A stretch of 64,000 bases of DNA from Planctomycetota bacterium. Its GTDB lineage: Bacteria > Planctomycetota > MHYJ01 > WSZJ01. Below, piece after piece: positions 18,390 through 27,839 of the stretch. Both the position numbers and the translations under genes were made by a program. The stretch covers positions 256,001 to 320,000 of the forward strand of contig JBBTCT010000001.1 in assembly GCA_038060895.1 (NCBI GenBank), given 5' to 3'. Numbering within the stretch: position 1 is the stretch's first letter; each line of letters starts with the position of its first letter. The notes below the pieces were generated by a model, which had not been told where the DNA came from, searched no databases, and saw nothing but the letters and a program-made list of their open reading frames with translations.

Positions 18390-19346
18390 ATGGACCTCGA
18401 ATTCCCGAGGCAGGTCCTCCAGACCGAAGCGGACGCAATCCGCTCGCTTGTCTCCCGCCTCGACCAGACCTTCGGCGAGGCCGTGCGGCTGATCCTCGGC
18501 TGCAAGGGCCATGTCGTGGTCACGGGGATGGGGAAAGCCGGGCTGGTGGGGCAGAAAATCAGCGCGACCCTCGCGTCCACGGGGACGCCCTCGCTCTTTC
18601 TCCATCCCGCCGAGGCGATTCACGGGGACCTCGGCCGCGTGACGCGCGACGACGTCGTCCTCGCCCTCTCGAACAGCGGCGAAACCGAGGAAGTCGCGCG
18701 GCTGCTGCCTCTTCTCAAGGAATTCGGCACGAAGATCCTCGCGATCACCGCCGCCGCCACTTCGACGCTCGGACGCGGGGCCGACATTACGCTCGCGATG
18801 GGGAAAATTGAGGAAGCCTGCCCGATCGGGCTCGCGCCCAGCGCCTCGACGACGGCGCTTCTCGCCCTCGGCGACGCGCTCGCTCTCTCGGTGCAGAAGG
18901 AGCGCGGCTTTACGAAGGAGCAATTCGCGTTCTACCACCCGGCCGGCGAGCTGGGACGAAAGCTTCAGCGCGTGTCGGACGTCATGAGGACCGGTGAACG
19001 GGCCCCGGAGATCGGCGAGAAACACGGGGTGGCCGAAGCCATCTCCCTCATCACGAAGGCGCGGGCGGGGGCGATCAGCGTGACGGACGCTTCCGGGAAG
19101 CTGTCGGGAATCTTCACTGACGGCGACCTGCGGAGGCGGATCTCCCTCGACGCGGACGTGCTGAAAAAGCCGATCGGCGAGCTCATGACGAAGAACCCGA
19201 AAACCATCAGGCCGGACCAGCTGGCGAGCGAAGCGCTGTTCCTGCTGCGCGAGAAGAAGATCGATGAGATTCCGGTCGTGGGCGCGGACGGGAAGCCCGT
19301 GGGGATGGTGGACGTGCAGGACCTTCTCGACATGGGACTGGTCTAG
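18390..19346 (+). CDS. kdsD: arabinose-5-phosphate isomerase KdsD (KpsF/GutQ family)
   Basis: SIS domain (TGMGKAG, HGDLG, SNSGET, EACP) followed by two CBS domains. Confidence 0.95.
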   Translation: MDLEFPRQVLQTEADAIRSLVSRLDQTFGEAVRLILGCKGHVVVTGMGKAGLVGQKISATLASTGTPSLFLHPAEAIHGDLGRVTRDDVVLALSNSGETEEVARLLPLLKEFGTKILAITAAATSTLGRGADITLAMGKIEEACPIGLAPSASTTALLALGDALALSVQKERGFTKEQFAFYHPAGELGRKLQRVSDVMRTGERAPEIGEKHGVAEAISLITKARAGAISVTDASGKLSGIFTDGDLRRRISLDADVLKKPIGELMTKNPKTIRPDQLASEALFLLREKKIDEIPVVGADGKPVGMVDVQDLLDMGLV

Positions 19347-19350
19347 GCCC

Positions 19351-21888
19351 ATGCGCCGCTGGATCGCCGTTTTCCTTGCGGCCTTTATCCCGCCCACGGC
19401 GGTCATGGTGTTCTTCGCCTGGAGGGCGCAGGCGCCTCGCGGAAACGGCGACGACAGCCCGCTGGTCACCATTTCAAAGAAGGGGCTGCCGATCGGGACG
19501 GCGCGCGGCGTCGCGATCGTCGTGTACGAAGGCGACCGGATGGTCGCGGAGATCACGGGGGCCGAAGCGCAGATCGAGGGCCGGGATCGCGCGGTGTTCA
19601 CGGACGCCGTGATCCGTGCGTGGCCGGAGAAGAGCGACAACCCGCGCCAGCCCGAGGAAGTCACGATCCGGGCGCGCCGCGCGGAGATCGACCGCGAGGG
19701 GTTCGTGGCGCGCGTCATCGGAAACGTTCTCGTCGCCACTCCCGAGGGCGACACACTGCGCGCGGAGGATCTGAAGATCCTCTTTGGGAAGCGGATCCAG
19801 CAGGAGGACGGAAAGGAAATCGTGGATCGCTCGGAGAAGACGATCGACAGCCGCGGCCCCGTCGAGCTCGCGAGCGGTGACTCGGTGCTTCGTGGCACCG
19901 GGTTTCACGGCAACCTGGCCCTCAAGTCGTTCCGCTTCGACAGGGCCGTTTCAGGAACCTTCTTCGGCACCTCCGCGGATTTCGCGGCGACGGCGGCCTC
20001 GCGCACTTCGCGCAAACCCGAGGACGTGACCTTTCACGCCGGCGGCCCCGTGACGGGAGAACCGCTGGAATCCGAAGGCAAGACGCGCCGGACGCGGCTC
20101 GTGATGGCAGGCGGCGTTGAAGTCCTGCGGATCGACGCGGAGACGGAGAAGCCGACGCGGATGCGCTGCGGGACGGCGACCGCGGACATTCGTCGCCGGA
20201 CTCCCCCTCCGCCCGCATGGTTCCCGGCCTGGGAAGCATCGGAAGCGCTGGCCCGGTCGATGGGAATGGAACTGCAAAAACCCGCGGAGGTTGCCGCGAT
20301 CCGGCCGCCGCATCCGCGCGTCAGCCTGGAAAGGCTGTTGGCCGAGGGCGGCGTTGCCGTCCAGGACCCGCGGGTCAATCTCGAGGCCGAGTCGCTGGAG
20401 ACCGTGAATGCCGAGGACGGAAGCGGCGTGACGACGCTCCGGGGGCCCAAAAAGCGCCTGGAGTTCCACGACCGCGGCGCGATGTCCCTGGGGCCGATGG
20501 GAGACGCCGGGGCGGGCCCGAAGGAGGTCACGGCGATGGACGACATCCGCATCGTGCGCGCGGCGGACGGCGCGGACGGGGAGCCCGGACCTGCCACGAT
20601 CGGGCTCTCGCGATGGGTCTGGGTCCGCGAGGGCGCGCGCGAGTTGACCTGCGACTCGATGCGCCTCGACCTGGCGCCGGACGCTGCGCCGGCAACCGGC
20701 GGCAAGAAGTCCGGATTCGGGTACGCCCCGAGTTCGCTGGCGGCGACCGGCAACGTCATCGTGAAGGAACCCGGGCAAAGCGCCCGCGCCGACACGCTTT
20801 CGTGGAACGCCGCCGAGGACACCGTCACGCTTCTCAGCGATGCAGGCGCCGAAGTCGTTCTCCCGGACAAGCGCCTGGTTGCGAAAAAAATCCTCTTCGA
20901 CAACAAGACCAGCCGCATCACCTGCCGCGGAAACGTGGTCGCTTCCGGCGAAGGCGGAGGATTTGTGCCCACCTCGCTGATCGAACTGAATACCGAATCC
21001 GGCGCTTCCGGCGGCCCCTGGGAACTGCGCTGCCCGGAATTTACGGGGGTCATGACGAAGGAGCAGGAGTGCCTGGACGCCATGGGCCCGGTCACGCTCA
21101 CGACGGACACCACCACGGCGGCGGGGGATGCACTTCACTACGAGAAAAACCACGTCGTGTTGACCGGCCGTCCTGCCCGGATCGTGTCGGGGAAGGACAT
21201 CGTCGAGGCGTGGGAGATCGCGCTCGCTCCCGACACGGGCCGGGCTGTGCTGCGCGGCGTGAAGGAGATCCGCTTCCACATGAACGGCGGCCTCGGGGGC
21301 CTGGCCGGTCTGGCGCCGTCGCGGCCGGCTACCGCGGGTGGGGACGCGGAGGCGCCGACGCCCGTCATCCTCACGTGCAGCGGCCCGGTCGTCATCGACC
21401 GCGATGCCGGGATGTTCATTGCTCGCGACTGCGTCCTCGTGCGCTCGCCCGAGTCGGCCGCCGTCCCCGGAAAGCCGCCTCCGCCGCTCGCCCGCCTCGA
21501 GGCCGATCGCGTCTGGATTCACTTTGAACCCCAGACCCGCGAGCTCCTCGGCGCCATTGCCACCGGCCGCGTCCGCCTCCGGTCCTCTTCGCTCATCGCC
21601 GCCGGCGACCGGCTGACCTACGACGTCCCGACCGGGACCGCCGCCTTCACGGGCATCGGCAAACCCCTGTTCGCAAACGCCAGGGACGGCTCTTCGGTTC
21701 GCGTGGACGAAGTCCAGGTCGCCGACGGCGGCCGCACCTTAAAATTCCTCGCCCGGCACTCAAAGGGTAGTATCTCGTTCCCTGAAGGCCCCGCCCAGGA
21801 TCGACCCGGCAACTTCCTTCAGAATCCGTTCGGAAACCTGAAGCCGAAACCGAAGAAGGATCCGCCGGCCGACAAGCCGCCGAAGTGA
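19351..21888 (+). CDS. large LptC/LptA(OstA)-like multi-beta-jellyroll envelope protein
   Basis: N-terminal TM segment; repeated A.G.V...A.GD.L.Y beta patterns; directly downstream of kdsD. Confidence 0.65.
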   Translation: MRRWIAVFLAAFIPPTAVMVFFAWRAQAPRGNGDDSPLVTISKKGLPIGTARGVAIVVYEGDRMVAEITGAEAQIEGRDRAVFTDAVIRAWPEKSDNPRQPEEVTIRARRAEIDREGFVARVIGNVLVATPEGDTLRAEDLKILFGKRIQQEDGKEIVDRSEKTIDSRGPVELASGDSVLRGTGFHGNLALKSFRFDRAVSGTFFGTSADFAATAASRTSRKPEDVTFHAGGPVTGEPLESEGKTRRTRLVMAGGVEVLRIDAETEKPTRMRCGTATADIRRRTPPPPAWFPAWEASEALARSMGMELQKPAEVAAIRPPHPRVSLERLLAEGGVAVQDPRVNLEAESLETVNAEDGSGVTTLRGPKKRLEFHDRGAMSLGPMGDAGAGPKEVTAMDDIRIVRAADGADGEPGPATIGLSRWVWVREGARELTCDSMRLDLAPDAAPATGGKKSGFGYAPSSLAATGNVIVKEPGQSARADTLSWNAAEDTVTLLSDAGAEVVLPDKRLVAKKILFDNKTSRITCRGNVVASGEGGGFVPTSLIELNTESGASGGPWELRCPEFTGVMTKEQECLDAMGPVTLTTDTTTAAGDALHYEKNHVVLTGRPARIVSGKDIVEAWEIALAPDTGRAVLRGVKEIRFHMNGGLGGLAGLAPSRPATAGGDAEAPTPVILTCSGPVVIDRDAGMFIARDCVLVRSPESAAVPGKPPPPLARLEADRVWIHFEPQTRELLGAIATGRVRLRSSSLIAAGDRLTYDVPTGTAAFTGIGKPLFANARDGSSVRVDEVQVADGGRTLKFLARHSKGSISFPEGPAQDRPGNFLQNPFGNLKPKPKKDPPADKPPK

Positions 21889-21928
21889 ATTCGCCCGAAG
21901 CCGATATTCCCCATTCCGAAAGGACCCG

Positions 21929-22594
21929 ATGATGAACGTCCTCGACGGCCTCTCCAAGCAGCTCCAGGGCCGCGGACTGTCGGGCAAGACCGTGCTCGAA
22001 GGCGCCGTCTGGTTCGGGGACCTGCACAAGATGCTCTCGACGTTCGGCGACGACCTCGGCAAGTTCGCCAATGGCACCGCCGGGACGGAGGAGATCCAGA
22101 AATTCCTCCAGAAGTCCTCGGACTCGGCCAAGGCGATCCAGGCGCACATGCACGCGGACTCGATCGCGCTGGCACTGATGGGCGAAGTTTCGTCGAAGCG
22201 CAAGCCGGAGGACCTCGGGGTTGAAGGCGCGCCGAGCTACATGAAAGAAGGAGGCGGCGCTTCAGCGGTCCTGGCGTCGCTGAACGCCAAGGCGCTGGAG
22301 TGTGGCGTTCAGGGGGAAGCCTGGAAGGCTTCAGGGATTCCGGCGCACCTCGCGGAGATCGCGCAGGCGGCGGCGACCGTGAAAGGCACGCTCGAGATCG
22401 TCGCCGGCGCCGACAAGCTGACCGATGGCACGCTCGACGACCGCTTCTTCGAGATCCACTACGCCGCTACCGGCCAGATCGGCAACCGGCACATCCAGGA
22501 CAAGCCGAACGAGCCCGGGCTGCCGACGGCGTGCGCGAAGCTGCTGCAGGCGATGAAGAGGGAGTTGCTGTTGATCAAGGCGCCGCAGAAATAA
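21929..22594 (+). CDS. hypothetical protein
   Basis: 221-aa ORF with AAGGA RBS and host-like codon usage. Confidence 0.8.
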   Translation: MMNVLDGLSKQLQGRGLSGKTVLEGAVWFGDLHKMLSTFGDDLGKFANGTAGTEEIQKFLQKSSDSAKAIQAHMHADSIALALMGEVSSKRKPEDLGVEGAPSYMKEGGGASAVLASLNAKALECGVQGEAWKASGIPAHLAEIAQAAATVKGTLEIVAGADKLTDGTLDDRFFEIHYAATGQIGNRHIQDKPNEPGLPTACAKLLQAMKRELLLIKAPQK

Positions 22595-22750
22595 AACGGC
22601 AGGGGATGGGGTGAAGGCGGGAATGGGATGGTTCGGGATGGGGATCGGGATGGGGATTGGGCAAACAGCCACGTTCCGTGCATGGATGCCTATCCCCATC
22701 CCAATCCCGTCCCATCCCATTCCCGCCTTCGCCCCATCCCCTGCCGTTTT
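22593..22750. repeat. repeat-armed palindrome (GGGATG/GGGGAT units) between convergent stop codons
   Basis: AAAACGGCAGGGGATGGGG...CCCCATCCCCTGCCGTTTT; arms of about 65 bp. Confidence 0.92.
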
Positions 22751-22751
22751 T

Positions 22752-25697
22752 TTAAGGCACCTTCACCGCTTCATTCACAAACAAGTCATCCTCGATCCCC
22801 CGCAGCCCGACGAGGTACTCCTTCCCCTTCTCGTCCGGCTCGACCAGGAAGCGCACGATGCGCTCCTGCCCCGGCTCGAGCGCGTAGACGACGTCGTCCA
22901 GCGTGCGAGTTCCAGGCCCCCGGTTGAGGTAGACCTTGAAGTCGGCCTTCTTCTCGCCGCGATTGTGGACGGTGACCGTGACTTCGAGCCCTTTGCCGTC
23001 GGCGGTGGGTTCGACGCGCGGGGTGACTTCGATTTCGGGCAAGACGGGAAGAGCGCGGGTCAGGACGGCTTCGCGGCGAACGCCGCCGACCGAAAACGTG
23101 ATGCGGAGTCGGATCTCGTAGCCGCCGGGGCGGATGTCGGAGGGGACCGCCAGGTCGAGCGGGAACGCCGCGCTGGCCCCGGGATCGACCGACGTGTGTT
23201 CGATCACAGGCTCGACGGGACGCCAGCGCGCCGGCAGATCCACCGAGACGATCCGCAGGTTCTTCAGCGGCTCCGCAAAGCGATTCGTCAGGCGGAACAC
23301 GGCACGCTGGGGATTCGCACGCGACTTCAGGGGCAGCCCTTCGAAACCGCCGGAAATCTGCGTGTCCGCGAAGGCGGCGTCGCGGACGACCAGGAAGGCG
23401 AGCTCTGATGAAGCTTCGATCCGGAGGCGGCCGCCGGGATCGGGCGTGAGCTTGCGCGAGCGGCCAAGCAGATCGACCCGAACGACGTCCTCGCCCAGCC
23501 ACGATTCGATGGCGCGCGGCGGTTCGGAGCGAAGGGCGAGAATTAGCCGGCCGTCCTTGCGGAATGCCGGCAACCCCGGCAGCAGCTCGCCCTGGACGGG
23601 CGAGGCGCTGGAAAGCAGATCGTTCAGGACGCGAAGCGCAAACCAGGACGGCGCCGGAGTGCCGTCGTCGTCCAGCAACGGCACCCCGCCGCTGGCGACA
23701 AGGGCCAGAAGTCCACGCGAGCGGGCCTCCACGGCACGCGCGGCGAGGTCGGAGGCGGACAGTGGCGCGAAAACGAACAGCTTCTCGCGCGGATCGGCGG
23801 CCAGCGCTGCGGCCAACCCGGCCGACGCACGATCGAGATCGAGCGACAGGAACGCCGCCGAGCCGGCGGAAGGCGGAGCCACGTCGGCCGGCCACGCAAG
23901 CCCCGGCGAGGCCAGCTCGTGCGTCCCCCGGATCGCCGCGGCCAGCTCTTCCAGCGTCGCCGAGTCGGACGCTCTGGCCAGCGACAGATCTGAATCGCCG
24001 GTCTGCCAGAGCGCCACGACGTCGCGGTGCGCGCCGACGAGCTTCGACAGCGGCTCTTCCCATCCCCGGTCCCGCGCCCCGAACCATTCGGCCAGTGTGC
24101 GCGGGGCGGCGGATCCGCCGGGGCCCGCCAGGACGCCGACCAGGTCGAGCCCGTTGCGGCGGAGGTCGAGGAGGATCTCGTGCATCGCCGCGCCCTCGGG
24201 GGCAAGGTCGGCGCGGTCGCGCGCGGAAGCGCCCCAGAGGACGACGCGCAGGCGGCCGATACCCGCCTGCGACAGGACCGCGCCGGAGCGGCGCCCCGGA
24301 TGGGCGTAGGGATCGACGGAAGCGCCGTATTCACCGGCCTTCCCCTTGGCGAAGTGGGGTTCGTGCGCGATGGCAAACGCGGCGCGCGCCTGGACAAGGG
24401 GCTTGTCGGAGGAACGGATGTCGAGACGCACTTCGTACGGCCCCGGCACCGTTGCCGGGAACTTGAACGGCAGGGCCAGGTTTTCGCGGACAGGCAGCTC
24501 GACGCCGCCGACGCGGCCTTCCCACGTTGTCTTCCCGTCGGCGTCGCGGACGACCGCGTGGACCTCGTACGCCCCGGGCTCGAGGCCGAGGGCCACGACA
24601 TTTCCAGACACACCACCGGCGTCGCGGGCTTCGCCTTCGCGGTAAATGCTCCCGGGCCTGCCCTCCGTGTCCAGCCTCACGCGCACCCGCCCGAGCCACT
24701 CGACGTCGTCGAACCATGCGCGCCCCTCTACGTCGTCGCCGCCCAGCACGAGGCGCAGCCGCGCCTTCCTCGCCTTGGCGGGGATTTCCGCGGCCTCGAG
24801 GTGAAGCGCCTTCCAAGCGCCGGCCGTGTCGCGAATCCCGGCGGTGCGTGCCACACCGATCCGCCTTTCGCCCTCGTCCAGCCACTCGATCTCGGCCCAC
24901 GCCGAGGATTCGCGCAAGCCGCCGGTCTTGACCCAGACGGTCAGCTCGTACGCGCGGTCCGGATCGACCGCCACCGCGCCGCGCGTTTCGAGCCCCGCCG
25001 AGCGACCCTTCGTCCACAGCGCTGCCGCGCGCCCGCCGCCGTGAAATTCCTCCGTCGCCACCCGGGTCTGCGTCGCGTTGAACGCCGGAAATTCGTCTCC
25101 CGGGATCGAGCGCCAGCGGTCCGGGAAACCGTCCTTGTCGAGATCCAGCTCAAATCCGTCCACGAACGCCTTCGCCACCCAGGACACATCATCGAAGCGG
25201 GCCGTCGCGGGCTCGCCGGAGCGGTTGGAGAGGCAGGCGCGGACGGCGACGGAGCGCGTCCGGCTGTCGAGAAGCGATACGGGAAGGGAGAGCAGCGTCC
25301 AGTCGTCGCGCGACGTCGCCTGGGGGGTGCTCTGCGGCGGGCCGAGAGGGTCCCCGCGTTCGTCCACGAGTTGGACGGTGATGAACCCCGAAGCCCCGTC
25401 GGCGCCCTCGACCTTGATCCAGCCCGAGAGGACGTAATCGTTGGCGAGGTCGAGCTGGCCAGCAAGACGGGTTTCGGCGGCCATGGAACCGGAAGCCGGC
25501 GCTGTGAGGACGAGCCCGCGGCCGTCCTTGCCGGCGCCGAGCGCAAGCGTCCCGGCGGGCCCCGCGCCGGGCGTGACGGTCGTCCACCCGTCCGGCAGGT
25601 CGTTCTTGTCTCCGTCGCGCTCGAAGCCGTCGGCGAAGTCGCGCGCCGCGGCGACGGAAGCCGCAAGGAGAAGAGCCGCGAAGAACCGCTTCATCAT
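22752..25697 (-). CDS. large secreted protein: two CBM4/9-like domains, degenerate glycoside-hydrolase-like barrel, C-terminal Ig-like (NEW3-like) domains
   Basis: Signal peptide; duplicated DGFE.D.DK..PD.W...Y.L..W.K...FDDV.W modules. Confidence 0.7.
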   Translation of the reverse strand: MMKRFFAALLLAASVAAARDFADGFERDGDKNDLPDGWTTVTPGAGPAGTLALGAGKDGRGLVLTAPASGSMAAETRLAGQLDLANDYVLSGWIKVEGADGASGFITVQLVDERGDPLGPPQSTPQATSRDDWTLLSLPVSLLDSRTRSVAVRACLSNRSGEPATARFDDVSWVAKAFVDGFELDLDKDGFPDRWRSIPGDEFPAFNATQTRVATEEFHGGGRAAALWTKGRSAGLETRGAVAVDPDRAYELTVWVKTGGLRESSAWAEIEWLDEGERRIGVARTAGIRDTAGAWKALHLEAAEIPAKARKARLRLVLGGDDVEGRAWFDDVEWLGRVRVRLDTEGRPGSIYREGEARDAGGVSGNVVALGLEPGAYEVHAVVRDADGKTTWEGRVGGVELPVRENLALPFKFPATVPGPYEVRLDIRSSDKPLVQARAAFAIAHEPHFAKGKAGEYGASVDPYAHPGRRSGAVLSQAGIGRLRVVLWGASARDRADLAPEGAAMHEILLDLRRNGLDLVGVLAGPGGSAAPRTLAEWFGARDRGWEEPLSKLVGAHRDVVALWQTGDSDLSLARASDSATLEELAAAIRGTHELASPGLAWPADVAPPSAGSAAFLSLDLDRASAGLAAALAADPREKLFVFAPLSASDLAARAVEARSRGLLALVASGGVPLLDDDGTPAPSWFALRVLNDLLSSASPVQGELLPGLPAFRKDGRLILALRSEPPRAIESWLGEDVVRVDLLGRSRKLTPDPGGRLRIEASSELAFLVVRDAAFADTQISGGFEGLPLKSRANPQRAVFRLTNRFAEPLKNLRIVSVDLPARWRPVEPVIEHTSVDPGASAAFPLDLAVPSDIRPGGYEIRLRITFSVGGVRREAVLTRALPVLPEIEVTPRVEPTADGKGLEVTVTVHNRGEKKADFKVYLNRGPGTRTLDDVVYALEPGQERIVRFLVEPDEKGKEYLVGLRGIEDDLFVNEAVKVP

Positions 25698-26005
25698 TCC
25701 ATGTGTTCCCGGTTCGTTACGTTGCCGCCCTGCACTTTCTTGCTCCCCTTGTGGTCGATGTGGAACTTCACGGCCGCTTTCACTTCCTCAACAATCTTCG
25801 CCCACACCGCCGGGTCCTCGCCCGGCGGGCGGTTGTTGACCTTGATCAGCTCGACCTTCACGGTGTTCGAAGGATTGCGCAGGTATTCAAATCCGAGGAT
25901 GTACGCGATGGGGCCGTGGATGTGCCCCGAGTGGTGAAAGGAAGTTCCCGACGCCTGGGCCGAGCGCTGTTCGACGTCGATGTAGCGAATCTGCCGTTCA
26001 GGCAT
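25694..26005 (-). CDS. hypothetical protein
   Basis: 103-aa ORF coupled to both neighbours (TAA-ATG junction and ATGA overlap). Confidence 0.75.
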   Translation of the reverse strand: MPERQIRYIDVEQRSAQASGTSFHHSGHIHGPIAYILGFEYLRNPSNTVKVELIKVNNRPPGEDPAVWAKIVEEVKAAVKFHIDHKGSKKVQGGNVTNREHME

Positions 26006-27022
26006 TTACCAGGCTCCGAGTTCGCGGAGGACCTTTTCCTCCGCGGCGTCCCCGTCCGTCTCCTCCGGCTTCGGCGGGATCGGATTCGCCCGCTCCCACG
26101 CGACCGTTCGCGTCAGGCCCTCGTCGAACGCAACCCTCTCCCTGTACCCCAACTCGCGACGGATGCGGGCCGACGAGGCGTCAAGGTGCTGGGCGGTGTT
26201 GAAGTCGGCCTGAAGCGCCTTCGGCAGTTTGACACCTGGCACTTCGACGAACTTCCCCTTCCACCCCGTCGCCGCCCCGACGGCTGCGGCCCACGCCCGT
26301 TCCTCCAGCGCCGGCTCTTCCGCTACATTGTAAACCCTCCCGGACCATCGCAGGTCGAGAGCGGCCGAGACAATCGCATCCGCGACGTTTTCGACGTAGC
26401 CGCGGGAGCCGCGCCAGGAAGCCAGGGCGGACTCCAGGAGGATCGCCGGCCTGCCCGCGTCCATCCGCCGCACCAGGTGGCGCAGCCGCCGCTGGCGGTC
26501 GCCGGGACCGTAGACCATCGGAAGCCGGAGAACCGTCGCAGGCAGCTCCGGGTGCGCCAGCGCTTCGCGCTCGACAAGGATCTTGTCGTAGTCGTCAAGC
26601 CCAGGCACCTTGCCGCGGTATGGGTAGAGGTTCTCCCGGACCGGCGTGTCCTCGTCGAAAGGCACCGCAATCGTCGGCCCGGACTCGGTCCCGTGAAGCA
26701 CTCCGTACGCCTTCACCGCGTCGATGCTCGAAACCGCCACCACCCGCTTCGCCGTGCCTTCGAAAACGCGCATCAGGTCCTTCGCGTCCGCTTCCGTGAT
26801 CAGCACCATGTCCACGATGATCTCGGGCTTCCAGGCCCGAAGCGCCCCCGCGTGCTGGTCGAGCAGGTGCCGGTCTCCGAGAAACGACAGGATGCCGGGC
26901 GGGTTCCCCGACGCCCGCGTCTTCCCGCGGTGAAAGATCGCCACTTCGTGCCCCAGGCCCGCCAGCTTTCGCACGACGTGCGGGCCCATGAACGCGGTGC
27001 CGCCGATGACGAGGAAGCGCAT
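26006..27022 (-). CDS. NAD-dependent epimerase/dehydratase family protein
   Basis: LVIGGTAFMG, YDKILVE and LRLPMVYGPGD motifs. Confidence 0.9.
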   Translation of the reverse strand: MRFLVIGGTAFMGPHVVRKLAGLGHEVAIFHRGKTRASGNPPGILSFLGDRHLLDQHAGALRAWKPEIIVDMVLITEADAKDLMRVFEGTAKRVVAVSSIDAVKAYGVLHGTESGPTIAVPFDEDTPVRENLYPYRGKVPGLDDYDKILVEREALAHPELPATVLRLPMVYGPGDRQRRLRHLVRRMDAGRPAILLESALASWRGSRGYVENVADAIVSAALDLRWSGRVYNVAEEPALEERAWAAAVGAATGWKGKFVEVPGVKLPKALQADFNTAQHLDASSARIRRELGYRERVAFDEGLTRTVAWERANPIPPKPEETDGDAAEEKVLRELGAW

Positions 27023-27053
27023 GGGCGGATGGTAAGCGATCGATGATGGTTAC

Positions 27054-27106
27054 GCGCGGGCAAGCAGGCAGGCGGGCGAGCGGGCGGGCAAGCCGGCATG
27101 CGAGCA
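27054..27106. repeat. single-arm GCGGGCRA tandem-repeat tract (same alphabet as 7253-7344)
   Basis: GCGGGCAAGCAGGCAGGCGGGCGAGCGGGCGGGCAAGCCGGCA. Confidence 0.7.
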
Positions 27107-27170
27107 GCTGTCCCGCACCTGATTACCGGGGCGCAGTTCGGGAGAGTACAGCGGAGGGCGCATGATTATA

Positions 27171-27224
27171 AACCCATGGTTTATGTTGGTGCGCATTGCA
27201 CGAAACTAAACTATGGGTTAATCT
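27171..27224 (+). promoter_or_regulatory. abiE promoter (TTGCAC-N17-TAATCT) with inverted-repeat operator
   Basis: -35 at 27196-27201, -10 at 27219-27224; inverted repeat AACCCATGGTTTA (27171-27183) / TAAACTATGGGTT (27207-27219). Confidence 0.75.
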
Positions 27225-27230
27225 TCTTGC

Positions 27231-27839
27231 ATGGTCGACCGCGCGCTCAAGCCGGACTGGAATCGCCTCTACGAATTCGCCGCTTCGCAGGAAGGCCACT
27301 TCACATCCGCCCAGGCCGGCGATGCAGGCTACTCCCCGCAACTGCTCCAGAAGCACCTCAAGGGAGGACGCATCCGACGCCTCGGCCGCGGCATCTATCG
27401 TGTCGTCCACTATCCCGCCGGGGACCACGAAGACCTGGTCGCGGCCTGGCTCTGGAGCGGCCACTCCGGGGTCTTCAGCCACGAAACGGCGCTGGCCCTC
27501 CACGAACTTTCGGACGCGATGCCGACCGCGATTCACATGACTGTGCCCGCGCGATGGGCAGGGCGGCGCCTGCGAGTTCCTCAAGGACTGCTGCTCCACC
27601 ACGCCGACATCGCCGAGAAGGAAAGAGGCTGGGTTGGATCGGTCCGTGCTACGACGGTCCCCAGGACCCTGGTCGATTGCGCCGCATCCAGCGTCGAGCC
27701 CCGCCTTGTCCTGCAGGCCTTCGAGGACGCCCTCGCCCGGGGGCTTGTCGACCGCGGATCGATCCCGGCTGTCGTCGCTTACCTGAATGGCTTTTTCCCG
27801 GCCTCGCGGCCCGCAAGGGTCCGGAGGTCGTCGCCATGA
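27231..27839 (+). CDS. abiEi: type IV toxin-antitoxin antitoxin, AbiEi family
   Basis: QEGHFTSAQA winged-helix start; RGIYR, SHETALALHEL and TTVPRTLVD motifs. Confidence 0.9.
   Translation: MVDRALKPDWNRLYEFAASQEGHFTSAQAGDAGYSPQLLQKHLKGGRIRRLGRGIYRVVHYPAGDHEDLVAAWLWSGHSGVFSHETALALHELSDAMPTAIHMTVPARWAGRRLRVPQGLLLHHADIAEKERGWVGSVRATTVPRTLVDCAASSVEPRLVLQAFEDALARGLVDRGSIPAVVAYLNGFFPASRPARVRRSSP

Noticed and set aside
22593-22750. Palindromes as true integron attC sites
   Set aside because: Ends do not match RYYYAAC/GTTRRRY, there is no co-oriented cassette array and no intI; kept only as an analogy.
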